From Octopus vulgaris (lineage: Eukaryota), in contig OX597832.1 in NCBI GenBank assembly GCA_951406725.2, positions 16,616,001 to 16,680,000 of the forward strand: 64,000 bases of DNA, written 5' to 3'. The notes beneath the pieces are model-generated. The model worked only from the letters and a program-made list of their open reading frames with translations. It was not told the DNA's origin and did not search any database. Every line of letters begins with the position of its first letter. Within the stretch, counting starts at the first letter, position 1. A program made the translations under genes and the position numbers. Shown in pieces: positions 25,329 to 40,092 of the stretch.

Positions 25329-26334
25329 TCGTCATTCGGAGAAGATTTAACTGCCATTTTTAGAAGATCAAGCAAGAATGTAAGTAAACATATCATCATT
25401 AGCATTATCATTAAGATAGCTATCTTTGCATTCCACATTTAGTCACCAGTCCAATATATCATGGAAGTCTACTATTACACATACCGCTGGTGTTATCCAC
25501 ATAAACTAGTACATCAAAATAAGAAACAGCTATGTAATTTTAAATTCGATAGAATATAATTTGAAAACAGGTTGCCTGTTATATATTGAAAGTCGATTGA
25601 CCGCGAAGAGTTTCCCTTAGATGCCTCCCGCGAATCGTTTCGTTTCTTGTTTGCCAAAAGAAATTGAGTTAATTTTTCTTAAACTCATTTTTGAATGGTG
25701 TATCAGTAAATATATCACGAATTTGCGGGGAGCAATTTAGTTTATTAGACACCACTAGAGGAATTGGCATTTGTGCTATAGTTATTGGCATTTTGCCTCG
25801 TCAAAATAAATAATTATTATACGAAAAATCTATACAATCGAAAATTAATAGTATTGTCTAATGTAGTATCGGCTATATTGGCAGTAATACAAATCTTCCT
25901 CAAATCAATAGTTCTTGCTTCGATATAAATAGCTTTCCAAATAATCACAGAAATTCCTGAATGTGTGTTCATGTATTAATCAACGGGTTTTACTTTTTAA
26001 TCTATTCCCGCATATATTTTCTTCATTTGGTCGATTTTATTTATCCCTGATTCTCTCCAGTATAAGATTCTGTGATCCATAATTTGCAAATACTTCTCAA
26101 GCAAAATCCCATTTTAAATCACGGCCACATGTCTAGTAGTATAATGCAAACATGATTTAAAAAATAAATAGAAGCAATCACGGTTATATTCTGAATGTGA
26201 AACAAGTTCCATCTGTGGAAGCACAATAAATATGGATATCAAAATAATGTTGATGAAAACCATATTGGTTCCACGTTAAACAAATATCTAATTCCATTCA
26301 ATTTAATTAAAATGTTCTATTGCACTATATTATT

Positions 26335-26480
26335 TTCTACTCTATGTACAAGGTCCCAAAATTTTGAAGAAAGGGACCCATCGATTAGATTAATCCCAGT
26401 AGGCAACTGGTATTTAATTTATCGACCCCGAAAGGATGAAAGTCAAAGTCGACCTCAGCGGAATTTGAACTCAGACCGTA
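26335..26480 (-). mobile_element. Family-1-related SINE fragment (alternative tail)
   Basis: atcgaccccgaaaggatgaaagtcaaagtcgacctcagcggaatttgaactcag. Confidence 0.85.
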
Positions 26481-26510
26481 AAGATATACAAAATACATGC
26501 ATTCCATAGA

Positions 26511-26574
<64 letters not shown>

Positions 26575-26720
26575 TACAAAGTGAGATAGGGGTTTTCTGA
26601 TGTATATTGTTTTATTCTGTTGGATTTGGATGTTCCTATTTAAGTGGTTAATGAATAATATGAATTGGTAATATCTGTAAGTCGATGATTGAAACGAATC
26701 TGTTCCTCCATTTTCTTATT

Positions 26721-26775
<55 letters not shown>

Positions 26776-27132
26776 TTAATTCTCTCTGCCATTTGACTGC
26801 AGTCATGCTGGAGCATTTCCTTTTAGTCGACAAAATCCACCCCGGGACGTATTCTTTGTACGCTTGGTACTTATTATATTGGCCCCTTATACCGACCAGG
26901 TAAGATACGGGGAAAATTAACCAATATCAAATGTCAGACGACAACTACAAACACACAAACCTATATACAACAGGCTTCTTTCAGTTTCCCTCTACTAAAT
27001 CTACTCACAATATTTTGCTCGGCACGCGGGTAAAATAGGAAGTATTGGTTGAAGGTGATACGCTGTTCCGTTGATCCCTGATCCACGTGGTTGAGAAGCA
27101 AGTTTCTTACCACACAACCATGCCTGCGCCTA
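26776..27132 (-). mobile_element. Decayed full-length family-2 SINE
   Basis: catttgactgcagtcatgctggagca ... ggcttctttcagtttcc ... ccacacaaccatgcctgcgccta. Confidence 0.85.
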
Positions 27133-27721
27133 TCATAGACCACATGCAATGATTCATATACATACACATGTCCATACATACATCGCCAGACGCTATAAGC
27201 ATGACATAAGGTGGAGACGATATACATATACAAATGTTGTGTCATTATATAAACGATTTTAACAAAAACAGTGAACAATATTCAAAAGCCAAAAATATAT
27301 ATTTGCGTACATATGTGTGCATAAGAAAACAATTGTTCACTTACGCATTCATATATACACTCGCATAGACTTTATTCTACATATACTGTAACATATTTAT
27401 TTCGAAACGTATGCATGTATACAAATAAACACGCCATAAAAATATATATGTTGTTCTTGTAGTTTCCATAATCGAAAATAATTTCAAATTATATATAATT
27501 TATATTACAATTGTAAGCGAATATGTAATTGCATAAGGTGTGTATCTAATTATACATAAATTAGATACATGGAGACATAGCGTAGAAAATATGAAAAAAA
27601 TGCATGTGGCAATTATATAAATGCATATTATAAACATAGATACATTATATCACACATATTTACACACATACACACACACATGCGTATATAAATACATAGA
27701 CAAGAAATAACTATATGCAAA

Positions 27722-27741
27722 CACATATATATGTACATGTT

Positions 27742-27778
<37 letters not shown>

Positions 27779-27811
27779 TTAAACAAAAATATATACATGT
27801 ATATATATACA

Positions 27812-27863
<52 letters not shown>

Positions 27864-27888
27864 TATCATATATATATGTACATTTATG

Positions 27889-27922
<34 letters not shown>

Positions 27923-27939
27923 TACATATATATATATAC

Positions 27940-28015
<76 letters not shown>

Positions 28016-28020
28016 TATAT
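27722..28020. repeat. Long degenerate (TA)n microsatellite
   Basis: Direct. Confidence 0.95.
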
Positions 28021-28126
28021 TCAATTAGAAGTTATATTAGTCTGATTAAGGGATGGCATCATCCAATGAATTACTGGTTTAATACCAAATATTTGTTGTG
28101 AATAGTGATATTCATAAAACAATAGG

Positions 28127-28157
<31 letters not shown>

Positions 28158-28437
28158 GGTTTATAACCAATACACCGGTGTACACGCTCTATGTGGACAA
28201 AATGTGAGTTATGTATAAGTGTTGACATATACATGTGTGCATGTGTATGCATACGTGTGATATATATAACTTCGTGTAAATATGTGTATATGTATATGTA
28301 TATACATATATATGTATCGTTCTTTACATGTGGCTTGGTGCACATACATGTATCTCCATATATGTGTGCATAAGAACATACCTATTTGTATCTATTATTT
28401 GTGCATGTAAATATATATGCATGTGTGAATATGTGTT

Positions 28438-28483
<46 letters not shown>

Positions 28484-28787
28484 ATGTGTGTATATATGTG
28501 TATGTGTATATAAACTTTTCTGCATTTTATAAGCAACTTATCAAAGTATGTGTTATATCTCCTTATTCATGTTTTACAGTCTTTTTGACTGTAATTTACT
28601 ATTCCACTTCTATTTATTTACCCATCAGTACCCTAATTGCATTCACATATTATCCACTACCCACTAAAACAACCCATATTCCCCATAATCCGGGAATATA
28701 CCAATATTAATCATAAAATATTACTCAGTCTACTGTGATTATTCTACAATGCAGCACATAAAAACCTAACGGTATTTCTTTCCTCTG

Positions 28788-28872
28788 CCCCTCTGAAGAG
28801 ATATTGCCTAATATAAGGATTTTAATAATTGCTATTTAATCTTTCAGGCTTGACTGGAACAGCTGTAACGGA
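28788..28872 (+). ncRNA. Degenerate hammerhead motif in a Penelope-like fragment (~28510-28930)
   Basis: cccct-CTGAAGA-g..gcct[AT-rich loop]aggct..-GGAA-cagctg-TA-acgga. Palindromic stem III acagctgt and GUA triplet; GAAA and the stems are decayed. Confidence 0.55.
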
Positions 28873-28974
28873 CTAAGTTTGTAGATAATAATTTTATATT
28901 ATACGCTATATTTCCATTTTCTTACATCCTTATGTATGTATGTATGTATGTATGTATGTATGCATGTATGTATG

Positions 28975-29029
<55 letters not shown>

Positions 29030-29033
<4 letters not shown>

Positions 29034-29111
29034 CAATTATTCGGTTGCCATAATAAATCTCCGAGTTTCAGATGTCTGGGTTTAATTATGCTAACCGAAT
29101 CATTGTCACAT
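29030..29111. repeat. ~80-bp hairpin abutting (TA)n
   Basis: tgacaattattcggttgccataat ... attatgctaaccgaatcattgtca. Confidence 0.8.
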
Positions 29112-29127
29112 ATTATATTACAGGTTT

Positions 29128-29240
29128 ATTTCTTTACTACCCACAAGGGGCTAAACACAGAGGAGACAAACAAAGACAAAGGGATGAAGTCGATTACAGC
29201 GACCCAGTGCGTAGCTGGTGCTTAATTTATCGGCCCCGAA
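29128..29240 (-). mobile_element. Family-1 SINE 3' fragment
   Basis: atttctttactacccacaaggggctaaacacag... Confidence 0.85.
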
Positions 29241-29401
29241 AGTATATTACAGATATATTCCAGATATATTACCGATAAATTCATCTTTTGTGGTCTTACC
29301 ATTTCGCCTGCTACTTAATTGTACGCATCGTACGATGTAGGTGAATGTTTATGTACTTAAATCATATAAGTAAAAGGAGGGACAAATGTCAGCGACTAAA
29401 A

Positions 29402-29462
<61 letters not shown>

Positions 29463-29579
29463 CATAATGCTAAAATATTATTACGGTATTTCTTAATTAA
29501 AGAATAGTGATGAAACAATTAGTTAGTTAAATTCATAAGAGGAATTTGTAATAAATACATACTCATACACACAGACACA

Positions 29580-29654
<75 letters not shown>

Positions 29655-29689
29655 TGTTTGGGATCAATTACACAGTTTGCATTGAAGGA

Positions 29690-29960
29690 AAATGTGTAAT
29701 TACCATCCAGCCAAACGCTAAATATAATTTTTTTAAAAATCTAACATCAATAAGAAAAGGGGTAGGAGAAAACTCTTTACAGAAAGGAGGTAACTCACCT
29801 TCCACGACTTCATTCCTGGAAGAATTTTTGAACATCTTTTTGATGTTGGGCAGCAAACTAAGTCTATATTTTAAAGCCAGATCAGTTGATCGTTCTTAAC
29901 AGCTCATCACCTCCAGTGGAAATCGAGGTACCCATTTTGTCTATTTCTGTTAAATTGTGA
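29690..29960 (-). mobile_element. Highly decayed mariner C-terminal fragment
   Basis: ELL..DLA..LLPNIKKM..SSRNEVV..WLDGNY echoes GYELL-PDLAPSD-LFPN(M/L)KK-FSSNEEV-GDY. Confidence 0.4.
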
Positions 29961-31298
29961 TCTCAAATCTGTCCACCTGACCTCCTGCACAGCTCTTCTC
30001 AATAACACTAATGAATATTTCTCCTTATGACAAATGGAAATTCATTTAATTAAACTTTATTTGCTTCGTGTATTTCAGTTGTAAGCGCCAACCTAACTAC
30101 ATTCGTAAAAGTTAACTTTTCATACGATTCGTCTTAAATGTTACAGAGTGCAGAGAAATTCTTTAATACTATGCTTGTGAATAATCACATTGGTTAGAAA
30201 ACTATCATACTTCAACACAATACGGTCTGAAGATAACATCGGTTTGACTTAATAATCATTATTTGAAAGCAAATGTTTAGTAGCTATTTCTTTTTATTGA
30301 TTTCTCTGGCTTCTTTGATACTGGCGTGAATGATAATGAGCTATTGGATATTGCCTGTAAGGAAACTGAGACCGTGTGTTGTTCTATTATGCAATGATTT
30401 ACTCTAAATTCTTAACGGACAATCAAACAGACGCAAAATTGGAGATATTGTCTTCGATTCCTTTATGTATTAATTTCATTGTCTCCAGTATTCAATATTC
30501 ACTGCCATTTCGTTTATGGCACTTTTTTTTTCTTCTTCTGACGAATAGCTATTGGCATTTTGTATAGCTCTAGTTTTTCAAGAATGTTTTCTTTCTTCTA
30601 TGTGACGAAATGAACAGATGTAATTCTTAAGTTTTGATATTTCGTCGTTTGAAACAACGTAAGTTACAAAATATAAGACAAAGCCGCTTATGTATGATAC
30701 GTATGCAAATAGAAACTGTTCTTTTAAAGCTGTGTTCACATCTGCTAGCACATCGTGCTCAAGATATCATTATGTCGGTTTCAAACTTGCTTTTACTTTA
30801 CTTACACCCACGTCATATATACGTCATAATTCTACTTGTGTGCATGTGAACGAACCTTTGGTGTAATCGACAATTTGTCGCTGACTGAACAATGGAAGAT
30901 TGGGACAAGCAACAAGTTTAATTATGATCTCTGTGGCAACTTTAGAATCGATAATTATAGAAGCATTTCTAATGATAACCCAGGACTATTACAAATTGGT
31001 TTAATATTACCTTTAATAATTTTTATGTACAGCATTACATATATATATATATATATATATATTCATGATGTAATGAATATTTTTCTAAATGATTGAGTCT
31101 TTGAATACAGACGTGACAAAATATTCGTTAACATATTAACATATTACTTCAGCATTTCATATTCCCGTTGGCCTTCCTATACGCTCATCACTTTTCTTTT
31201 ATATAACCCAGAGGACATAAAGGGTCCTTTGGGTAGTATTCCTTTCATGTGTGACACGAACCCACTAAATCAAAAAGGTCGTCCATCTAGGACGTTCC

Positions 31299-31394
31299 TT
31301 AATCCGGTGAACATATCGCTATTCCGGAGATGATCTCATTGTAAAAATCCCCGGTGTGTTTGTGAAACGAGTTGTGTGACTTTCCATCACATTT
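31299..31394 (-). CDS. Candidate terminal exon KCDGKSHNSFHKHTGDFYNEIISGIAICSPD*
   Basis: Strong acceptor ctttttcttcattccttag|AAATGT, phase 0; same KC start as the 52561 exon. The upstream partner exon was not identified. Confidence 0.35.
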   Translation of the reverse strand, partial: KCDGKSHNSFHKHTGDFYNEIISGIAICSPD

Positions 31395-32280
31395 CTAAGG
31401 AATGAAGAAAAAGCTTGTAGCACAGGTCCTTAAAAGCAATTGAAACATAAAATATTTCACAAGAAAATTACTATGTGCCTCATTTTCGAAAAAGTGAACC
31501 TCATGGATTCAACAAACCCCGGACTGAAAAGTGCAGATTAACATTGTAATAGATGACGCCTACGTGAGAAAAGACGTTCAGTCTAAAATATATGAATATT
31601 AAGAGAATAGCTAGAGAATTTTAGGTGACAGTAAGTGCATCGAAATATATCAGTAACCCTCAAAAGAGAAAGCATATCATTTTTCATCAAATATTTTTTG
31701 TATGCTTACACGATTAATAAAAATGTGTCACTCGCATACGGTAAAGTGTGTGAATGTGTTAGTGCGGAGAAAGATATACCATGCATGAATATTTACGATT
31801 TATCTTTTCATACAAAAATATATTTCCATGTGTACGTGTGTGTGTGTGTGTGTCTGTGGCTGTATTTATGTGTATGTCAATTTATTCTGATATCATTATC
31901 ACACCGTTATTCAGATATGTATGGCATGTTCAGAGCATTCGACTACCGATTGTCAATCATAAAACGGGTAACGTCTTATGCGAACACACAATAGCAGTAC
32001 ATATTCCATATTGAGGCTAAAAAGAAATTCAGTATAGTAAATGGAGAATTTAGAGAGTAAACAAAATAATACAAATACGGAATTCCATGTCACGTTACGT
32101 CGACGGAATATAAATTATTAGTGGAACTGAATAAGATTAACGTTAAATGTATCTTTTCTCATTTTTGAAAGGTATGTGTGTGATTGCGTGCTTGTGTGTG
32201 CGTGTGTGTGTGATCTTACATAACGATAGAGAAGCCTTTCAGGTTAATATAAACTTGTTTTTATCATAACTATACATACA

Positions 32281-32401
32281 AGGTGGCAAGCTGACAGAAT
32301 CGTCAGCACGTTGGAGGAAATGCTTAGTAGTACTTCGCCCGTTGCTGCGTTCCGAGTTTCGCGCCTGGTGCCTCGAGTAGAAAAGATATCCATTATTATT
32401 G

Positions 32402-32470
<69 letters not shown>

Positions 32471-32632
32471 TATGTGTGTGTGTAGTTATAATCATTTCTA
32501 CTGGAAGCTCCAATTTGGGGGAAGGGATTAAGTCGGTTACATTGATCCCAGTGCGTAACTGGTACTTATTTAATCGACCCTGGAAGGATGAAAAGCAAAT
32601 TCGATCGGCAGAATTTGAACTCAGAATGAAGC
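32281..32632. mobile_element. Two family-1-related SINE fragments in opposite orientation around a microsatellite
   Basis: Head at 32281-32395 (+); body at 32495-32632 (-). Confidence 0.75.
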
Positions 32633-33124
32633 TTAAAGGCAAAAATGCTAACACACGTTCGAACAAACAGACAAATGCCTGCAGCTATCTTTCTCTATAA
32701 TGAATACTCAGTCTATTAGGATGGAAGGAAATACGTCGATTTTAGCCCTGAAGAGATCTTTACCTTTTGAATTCATAATGCTATTGTTAATTGTAAAATG
32801 AATGAAGGTGGATATTAAAATGGTCGTAGGCCCCATGTAACCCCCCATATAATCGATAGTATGTAAATAAATTGAGTTTGCTGTATTAAAACGTTCTATT
32901 CTCTTTATATTATACAACTGAATTCCTTTCCGCATATTTCGAATGAGATGAACTCATCTATATGGACTGCTAGAGCCCCATAAGGTGCATAGTACTAGTA
33001 ACTATTAAACACTGGTACTAACAAAGAGTAAGAAATTCCAGCAAATTCACAGATATATGGATACACCGTAGGAAGCTGGGATGAAAGCATTCCCTGTACA
33101 GAGTAATCTCCTCCGTTACATAAC

Positions 33125-33199
<75 letters not shown>

Positions 33200-33310
33200 G
33201 TATATGTATGTATATATACATATGTATATGTATGTATATAATGTGACCTCGTGTGTACCGTTGGGGATTTTTTTCCTGTCTTCCCTTCTCTGGATCTTTC
33301 CTTCTCCTAT

Positions 33311-33345
33311 GTTTCCGACGAAGAGCTTCGCTCAAAACGTTAAAC
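33311..33345 (+). ncRNA. Degenerate minimal hammerhead motif in a Penelope-like fragment (~33240-33445)
   Basis: gttt-CcGACGA-a-gagc[ttc]gctc-aAAA-cg-TT-aaac. Stems I and II are perfect; two core substitutions. A related fragment lies on the minus strand at ~50125-50340 with the core deleted. Confidence 0.65.
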
Positions 33346-33461
33346 CCTCCTTTTTACCTTCTTTCCTTAGCGTCCAATAATACTATATTTGTTCCACGTC
33401 CTCGAGTTGTTGTGCTTTTTTTGTGCTTTCTTGTTTGGATTAACAACTATATATATATATA

Positions 33462-33527
<66 letters not shown>

Positions 33528-33537
33528 CATACATACA

Positions 33538-33573
<36 letters not shown>

Positions 33574-35038
33574 TATGTAGATAGATCTGCATAGAGATAT
33601 ATGTGCGTGCTTATTGATATATACCTTATTGATATATGCTTAATTCTACCACCAATAATACGTTATCTAAATTCTTCATCTCGTTTTATTGTAATATTCA
33701 TTTGTTACTCATTCTTCAACACCGTTATAAATCCCTCCTGCAATTTATTTTCTTTCCAATTGTTTACTTTTTTTTTTCTTTTCTGTGATTTTCACACACA
33801 AAGTAATTCGTCGTGTATATATATTTCTATGTTTTGAAATATCCAAAAGTTGAAATTATCCATTCAGTATATAACGTCTATCATTAAATTCTCTATGTGT
33901 GACATATTTACATCAAGACCCGTTCCTATTTCAGAATGCCAAAATCAGCAAAATTTGTGTTATTTTCTTTTTACTTTCTTCTAGTCGTTGATTAGTTTCA
34001 TTTTCATGCTACCATAATACGCAATTCCCAATTTCTATGGAAGATAATATAGAAAGGACTTCAATGGGTTAAATATACAAACATTTATTTCATGTCTCAT
34101 GGGTAACAATGAGGGAATAAAAAGCGGAAACAGGTAATGAATATAGATTACAAGGATGTGAAGGTTTTGAACAATATCGGACGAGAAATATAAATTGATT
34201 AGGTAACTTAGAATACCAAATGGGAGTTTCCGATCAAAATTAATTATCATTAAGCGAGATTAAGTATCATTAAGGGTATTACAAAAATGTAGATTAGTTT
34301 TTGGAACAAAAGTTAATGATATCGTGTAAAAAGATATCAATAGATAGCTTCGATATTTCCTATAATCTCTTATTCATGTGTAAGATAGAGTGAAGCGGCA
34401 AGGGACTGAAATGTTAGCTATTGTATTTAAAGCAAACACAGAGACAGCAGAGTTAGGATGGAGAAGAGATGAAGAGGATAAAGAGATCTCTATAATCAGT
34501 TTTTGAGTTACATCTCAGTAATTTCCTGAAATAATGTAACATATTCCGGTATTATCAACATTACGTAACCTATATAAAGATAATAATTTGTCCACAATTT
34601 CTGGCAGTTGAACTCGAGTAATGAATGATGGATGTTTGAAGGATAATGAATATTTACATACAGTTAATAGCATAGAATAAACGAAAGAGAATTATTATGA
34701 ATTATGAGGAATTATTTTCTCCTCAGTTAAAATCTATTTAAATTCTTACGAGGAGAATTCCCCCTGTCCTGCATTGTCACACTTACAACGAGATATGTCT
34801 GACTGTACTAAAATTAGAGGGTTATGATTTGCTCTGTTGTCTTCTTTAAGGGTTTTTATTGGGGATGTCAGGGATATTATTCATGCTAGTGTTGTTGCTA
34901 CTATTGACGATGTTTTATTGTCTTTATTTTCCTGAAGTTAGTTAATGTGTCTTTGTACCCGTTCTTGTAGGTGTTATAAAAGGAGTCTGGCTGCTGCTGC
35001 CGAATTTTTTTTTTACTCTTATAGCAATGGCTGAGTCA

Positions 35039-35290
35039 GTGGAGGCGTGTGGTTAGTGGTAAGGGTGTCAGCATCATGATCGTAATAATTATGGTTTCGA
35101 TTCCTGGACCGGGCAACGCGTTGTGTTCTTGAGAAAAACACTGCATTTCATGTTGCTCCAGTCCACTCAGCTGGCAAAAATGAGTAATACTGCGATGGAC
35201 TGGCGTCCCGTCTAGCTGGGATCGCATACGCCATTGAAACCGGGATACCGGACCCATGGCCCTGGCTAAGCTTTAAAAGGGCGCATTTAT
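35039..35290 (+). mobile_element. tRNA-derived SINE family 4 with a V-domain-like segment
   Basis: Head ggcgtgtggttagtggtaag..ggtttcgattcc; ttgtgttcttgag; ctgcgatggactggcgtcccgtc. Confidence 0.8.
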
Positions 35291-35324
35291 TAGTTTTTTT
35301 ATGGCTGTTTTTTTGGGCTATACT

Positions 35325-35945
35325 TTTACTCTTTTATCCATTTACATATTTCAGTCATTTGACCGGCGATGCTGGAGCACCGATTTAGTCTAACAAATCG
35401 ACCCCAGAACTTATTCTATGTAAGCCTAGTACTTATTCTATCAGTCCTTTTTGCTGAACTACTATGTTACGGGGACGTGAAAACAACAACATCGGTTGTT
35501 AAGCGATGGTGTGGTACAAACACAGGCACAAAGACACACGCATATATATTATTCATATAAATACAGTGTACATAAGATATATCCATCATATGATTCCTGG
35601 CACGCTAGAAGGAATAGCCAAAATCCAAGCCATTGTTTCATTCCCTTCGAAGTTTATCCCTAATAGTGGTTTGGATTTTGGTTATTCATTCTAGCGTGCC
35701 AGGAATCCTATGCTGGATACCTCTTATGTGTTTAAATGTACACTGTATTTATATGCATAATATATAGTTTATTGACTAATTTTTCTACACGCTGAAAAAA
35801 TTTCTAATTTTTTTATTACCCTGATATCATTCTGCCTGATGCTATAGTACAAGACAATTACCCAAGGTGACACGCAGTGGGACTGAATTGGAAACAATGT
35901 GGTTGGAAAACGAGCTTCTTAACACCCAGCCACGCCTGCTCCTAT
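35325..35945 (-). mobile_element. Family-2 SINE interrupted by a palindromic insert
   Basis: Tail at 35325-35540 and head at 35842-35945. Confidence 0.8.
35542..35766. repeat. Palindrome with ~95-bp arms
   Basis: gattcctggcacgctagaaggaatagccaaaatccaa versus ttggattttggttattcattctagcgtgccaggaatc. Confidence 0.9.
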
Positions 35946-36739
35946 ATCAACGAGTTAACACTGCAATGGTCTCGTCCGGACAAATTTTTTGTGTCACAGT
36001 ATAATTGACAATTTGGCTTACAGCCCTTACACCCAGAGAACAGTCGCGAGGCACCTAGCAGATCGGTGATTTGTGAAACACTTTTACTTTATATTTTTTT
36101 AATGACTCGGATTAATAGTTTTCTTCTTTGGGCATTTAATTAATCTTTTCTAATATACTATCACTTTGCTTTGATCAGGAGCAAAACAACCGCTACAAGC
36201 CAGAAAATAGTTGCTTTTGATAGTACATCGATGATTGTATTTTAACCACACTATTCACTATCTGTAGAAGATCGGAATGTTCACCAATTCATCACTCTCT
36301 GGAGTTGAGATTCAATTGGTTGGAGCACCAACGTGTACCATGCCAAATCGTCTATCTATGTGAAATATATATGAATACAGTGATTTTGTTTAACGCATTT
36401 CTCTATTTAGTTGTATGTACCTGATCCAGTTTTCTTGATTTAATTTCTGTTCAACTATATACAATATTTTCCAGTACAGTATACTCAAAGCTAATGTTCT
36501 TATTTTAGTAAATATTTGGCATTTTCAGACCCAGTGCCAATTGAGAAATTTATTCGTTCTTTCGACATTCTATTTGATTTCTTCCTTGGAGATGAAGATA
36601 TAACCTCTGTGCTATAGCCTCAAAGAATCGTTAAACCTGTAGAATTAGAAAACAGATAGCAGAACCACATTATAAATAGTTGGAAAGTGAAGGAATTATA
36701 TAGCCTATTCATGCACCAAACAGGGGGTATTCAAAGTAA

Positions 36740-37335
36740 AGGTCGCTGATTAGATGGAAACCTGACATATGAAACTGAATAACTAATAATACACGCTCGG
36801 GAACATGACAATACTATGAATATAATAAAGGCAGAGATTGATACACTTGAGTTAGAGACCGTATACAAAATCTGTTGATAAGATCAGATAAGTATTAATC
36901 ATCTCTTGAATGAATGCAGCAATTATATAAGAACAGGCATGATTATATCAGTATAAGTGTGCACTAGCATGATAACCGAGCGTGTAGTTTCAAAACGACA
37001 GAAAAAATGACATGAAAATGAACCGGTGGTTTTGATAGTGAAAAATAATTTACGTAAGTATTAACCGTATTATAGAACGAGATCAGACATGATTGTAGAG
37101 TAGAAAAATATATATGAATGTATGATTATCGATTTGCAATATCACACGATAATGGAGTGGATACCAAATCATTTGAGAATATTGAGAAACGGATATCTAA
37201 GAGACCGAAGGATGGTGGAATTGAGAAATGTATTGTCGACCTGCATGCATGTGACATCAAGTATTATGAGAGTATCCTAAGAAGGGTCTTTGAGATTAGA
37301 TGAGATTTATCATCGAATCTCAAGACAAATTCCTG
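36740..37335 (+). mobile_element. Very decayed R4/Dong-like LINE 3' fragment
   Basis: ETE*LII..IKAEID..INHLLNECS..YKNRHD..MIIDFAI..ILRRVFEI; many stops and frameshifts. Confidence 0.7.
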
Positions 37336-37509
37336 TTAAATACAGATGCATAATGGTTACATAATAGTAACAACAACAACAACGGGAGCAGCAGCAGAGG
37401 CAATATCAACATATCTTTGTTCACTGTTCCTAATGCAACAATTATTACGGGGACAAACTTTACAGTTTTCATACTCCAAATTATTAAACATTGAAATATT
37501 AAAGAATCC

Positions 37510-38053
<544 letters not shown>

Positions 38054-38591
38054 AATGCCCTGATGCAGTACCAGACAGTGGCTCTCATGACTTGTGATCT
38101 TAACTGATTGGAAATGCTATAATGTACATCATTTTGTCTTGGTATAAAAGATGGGCTACAGTAAATATTCTGCTCAATACTACAGATTTGCGCGTCAGTT
38201 GTTTTACATTAACAAGTTGAGCATGTCCCTTAGTGGCTGATGATATGTGCATCTCTGATCACGAGCAGAAGTTGTGGGGAGCATCATAGCCATGTGTCGA
38301 GATGGATTTTTTGGGGCTTGAAGAATTCACCTCTGCAAACATGGGTTCAACATCCTTAAACAACCCTTAATCAGGGACCTTTTGAGCAGGATGGGTTACT
38401 CGACCAGAAGAAAATTCTAACTGGGCCCCTACTGCAAGGTCATGTGCTGTTTATCTTGATATGAGATCACCATGTCGCGCAGATATGGCTGTGATGCATG
38501 TGCCTAGTGTGCCCTAATCAGAGGGGTAGTCATGATGGGGATACTGGGCTTCGTATATTTTACTCCAGGGTCACTTTGATGACATGCACTC
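38054..38591 (+). mobile_element. Non-coding retroposon 3' segment with (AAT)n tail, copy 1
   Basis: Colinear with 40093-40426 and 40663-41070; shared 3' end cttcgtatattt..cca..gtcact..catgc, different 5' truncation points. Confidence 0.85.
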
Positions 38592-38633
38592 AATAATAAC
38601 AATAATAATAATAACAGCAACAACAACAACTAC

Positions 38634-38683
<50 letters not shown>

Positions 38684-38731
38684 TAATAACAGCAACAACA
38701 ACAACAATAGTAATAATAATAATGATAATAT

Positions 38732-39962
38732 ACTGAAAAACTCTCACAATTGGATGCTATAACTTGTCTTAAAGCAGGAAAACGATAAAACATAATTCTT
38801 AGTAACACACCAGGCAAAGAAATATCTAAGTGAATTTCAAACACAGAAAACCACAGAATTAGACTCAATGGAAAGAAGCACAGAAAAAGCTAAGCTTATG
38901 AAAACTCCTGCTAAAGCATCTCCATTAGATATTTTTACAGATAAAGGCAAGAAAAACCTCTCAATGGCAAATATGCAAAGAGAGCTAATAATGATGATGT
39001 TGACAAATCCTTTACCCACCAATGGTTAGTGTCTTTAAATCAGAAACAGAAGTGTTCATCATAGCAAAATTAATGCTTTACTACAAGAAGCTATCTGGCA
39101 AAAACATACAGAAAGGTAGTAGCTCAGCTTGTCAATGTGTGTAAACAACTAAATGAAACCATCGACCATGCTGTCTCCATGGGCAGCCTTCTTCCGCATA
39201 CAAAGTATCTCAACATGCATGAGAGAGCAGCACAGTATTTTAACTGGGTAATTTGCGAAAATATTGACCTGTGTCATGATAAAATCTGGTCAGAAAAACA
39301 AACCCCCTGCAGTGCTTAAAAATGATGAAACCTCACTCTTTCGAAACTTTACTGTTCAAACTGAAAGAAAGAAAAATGCAAATAAGTCAGAAAATATATT
39401 GAAAGATTTCGGACGAAAATCATGCCTCCGCTTCGATAAGAATGTCCCAATCGACATACATGAATCTGTCAAGACCTACCAAAAGCTGAGCCAATATAAG
39501 ACATTGAAATACAAATGTGGCAAACTGTGGAAACGCAAGACTATAACACTACCTATTGTCATAGAATCCCTAGAGATGATAGCAAAAGGAACTCATTTTT
39601 ACCTATCCCATACAAAATGAAATCTAAAAGTGGAAGAAATATTTTAAAATAGTGCTCGTGAAAACTGCTCATATCCTACGAAAAATATTATCTATATAAT
39701 CCAAAAACACATTTTAGTCTGTAATCATTGTTAAAAGTTTAAAAGTACACTTAAAATACTAAACACCATTTACTGATGATCAAATTGTTTTGAAAGCAAT
39801 CTTCTGATTTTTTAATGTTTTGACAGACATATCCTTGAACAATAAAATAAGCAAAACCAAGAACACTTGGACTCTAGTCATAACACCAACTTGAAGTTCC
39901 AACTTGTATCTGGGCGAGACATGGAGTCGCCTTGTACAAATACAAAGCAAGGGCCAAATATA
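38732..39962 (+). mobile_element. R4/Dong-like LINE 3' fragment (zinc knuckle + RLE remnants + 3' UTR)
   Basis: LKSETE, NETIDH, YLNMHERAAQYFNWVIC, KLSQYK, LPIVI, TAHILRKILSI; flanked by (TAA)n. Confidence 0.88.
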
Positions 39963-39979
39963 TGATAATAATAATAATG

Positions 39980-40051
<72 letters not shown>

Positions 40052-40092
40052 GTAATAATAATAACAATAAAATAATGATAATAATAATAATA

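Noticed and set aside
29668-29856. ORF with a strong GAAG|gtgagt donor
   Set aside because: Better explained as a decayed mariner C-terminus.
32708-32935. 75-aa ORF as the missing upstream exon for the 31394 terminal exon
   Set aside because: Its donor is phase 1 and incompatible with the KC reading.
36421-36636. Segment with a good acceptor and donor on the minus strand
   Set aside because: Stops in all three frames; at most a UTR exon.
38237-38280. CTGATGA in the non-coding retroposon
   Set aside because: No stem II-GAAA follows, and the copy at ~40744 lacks the motif.
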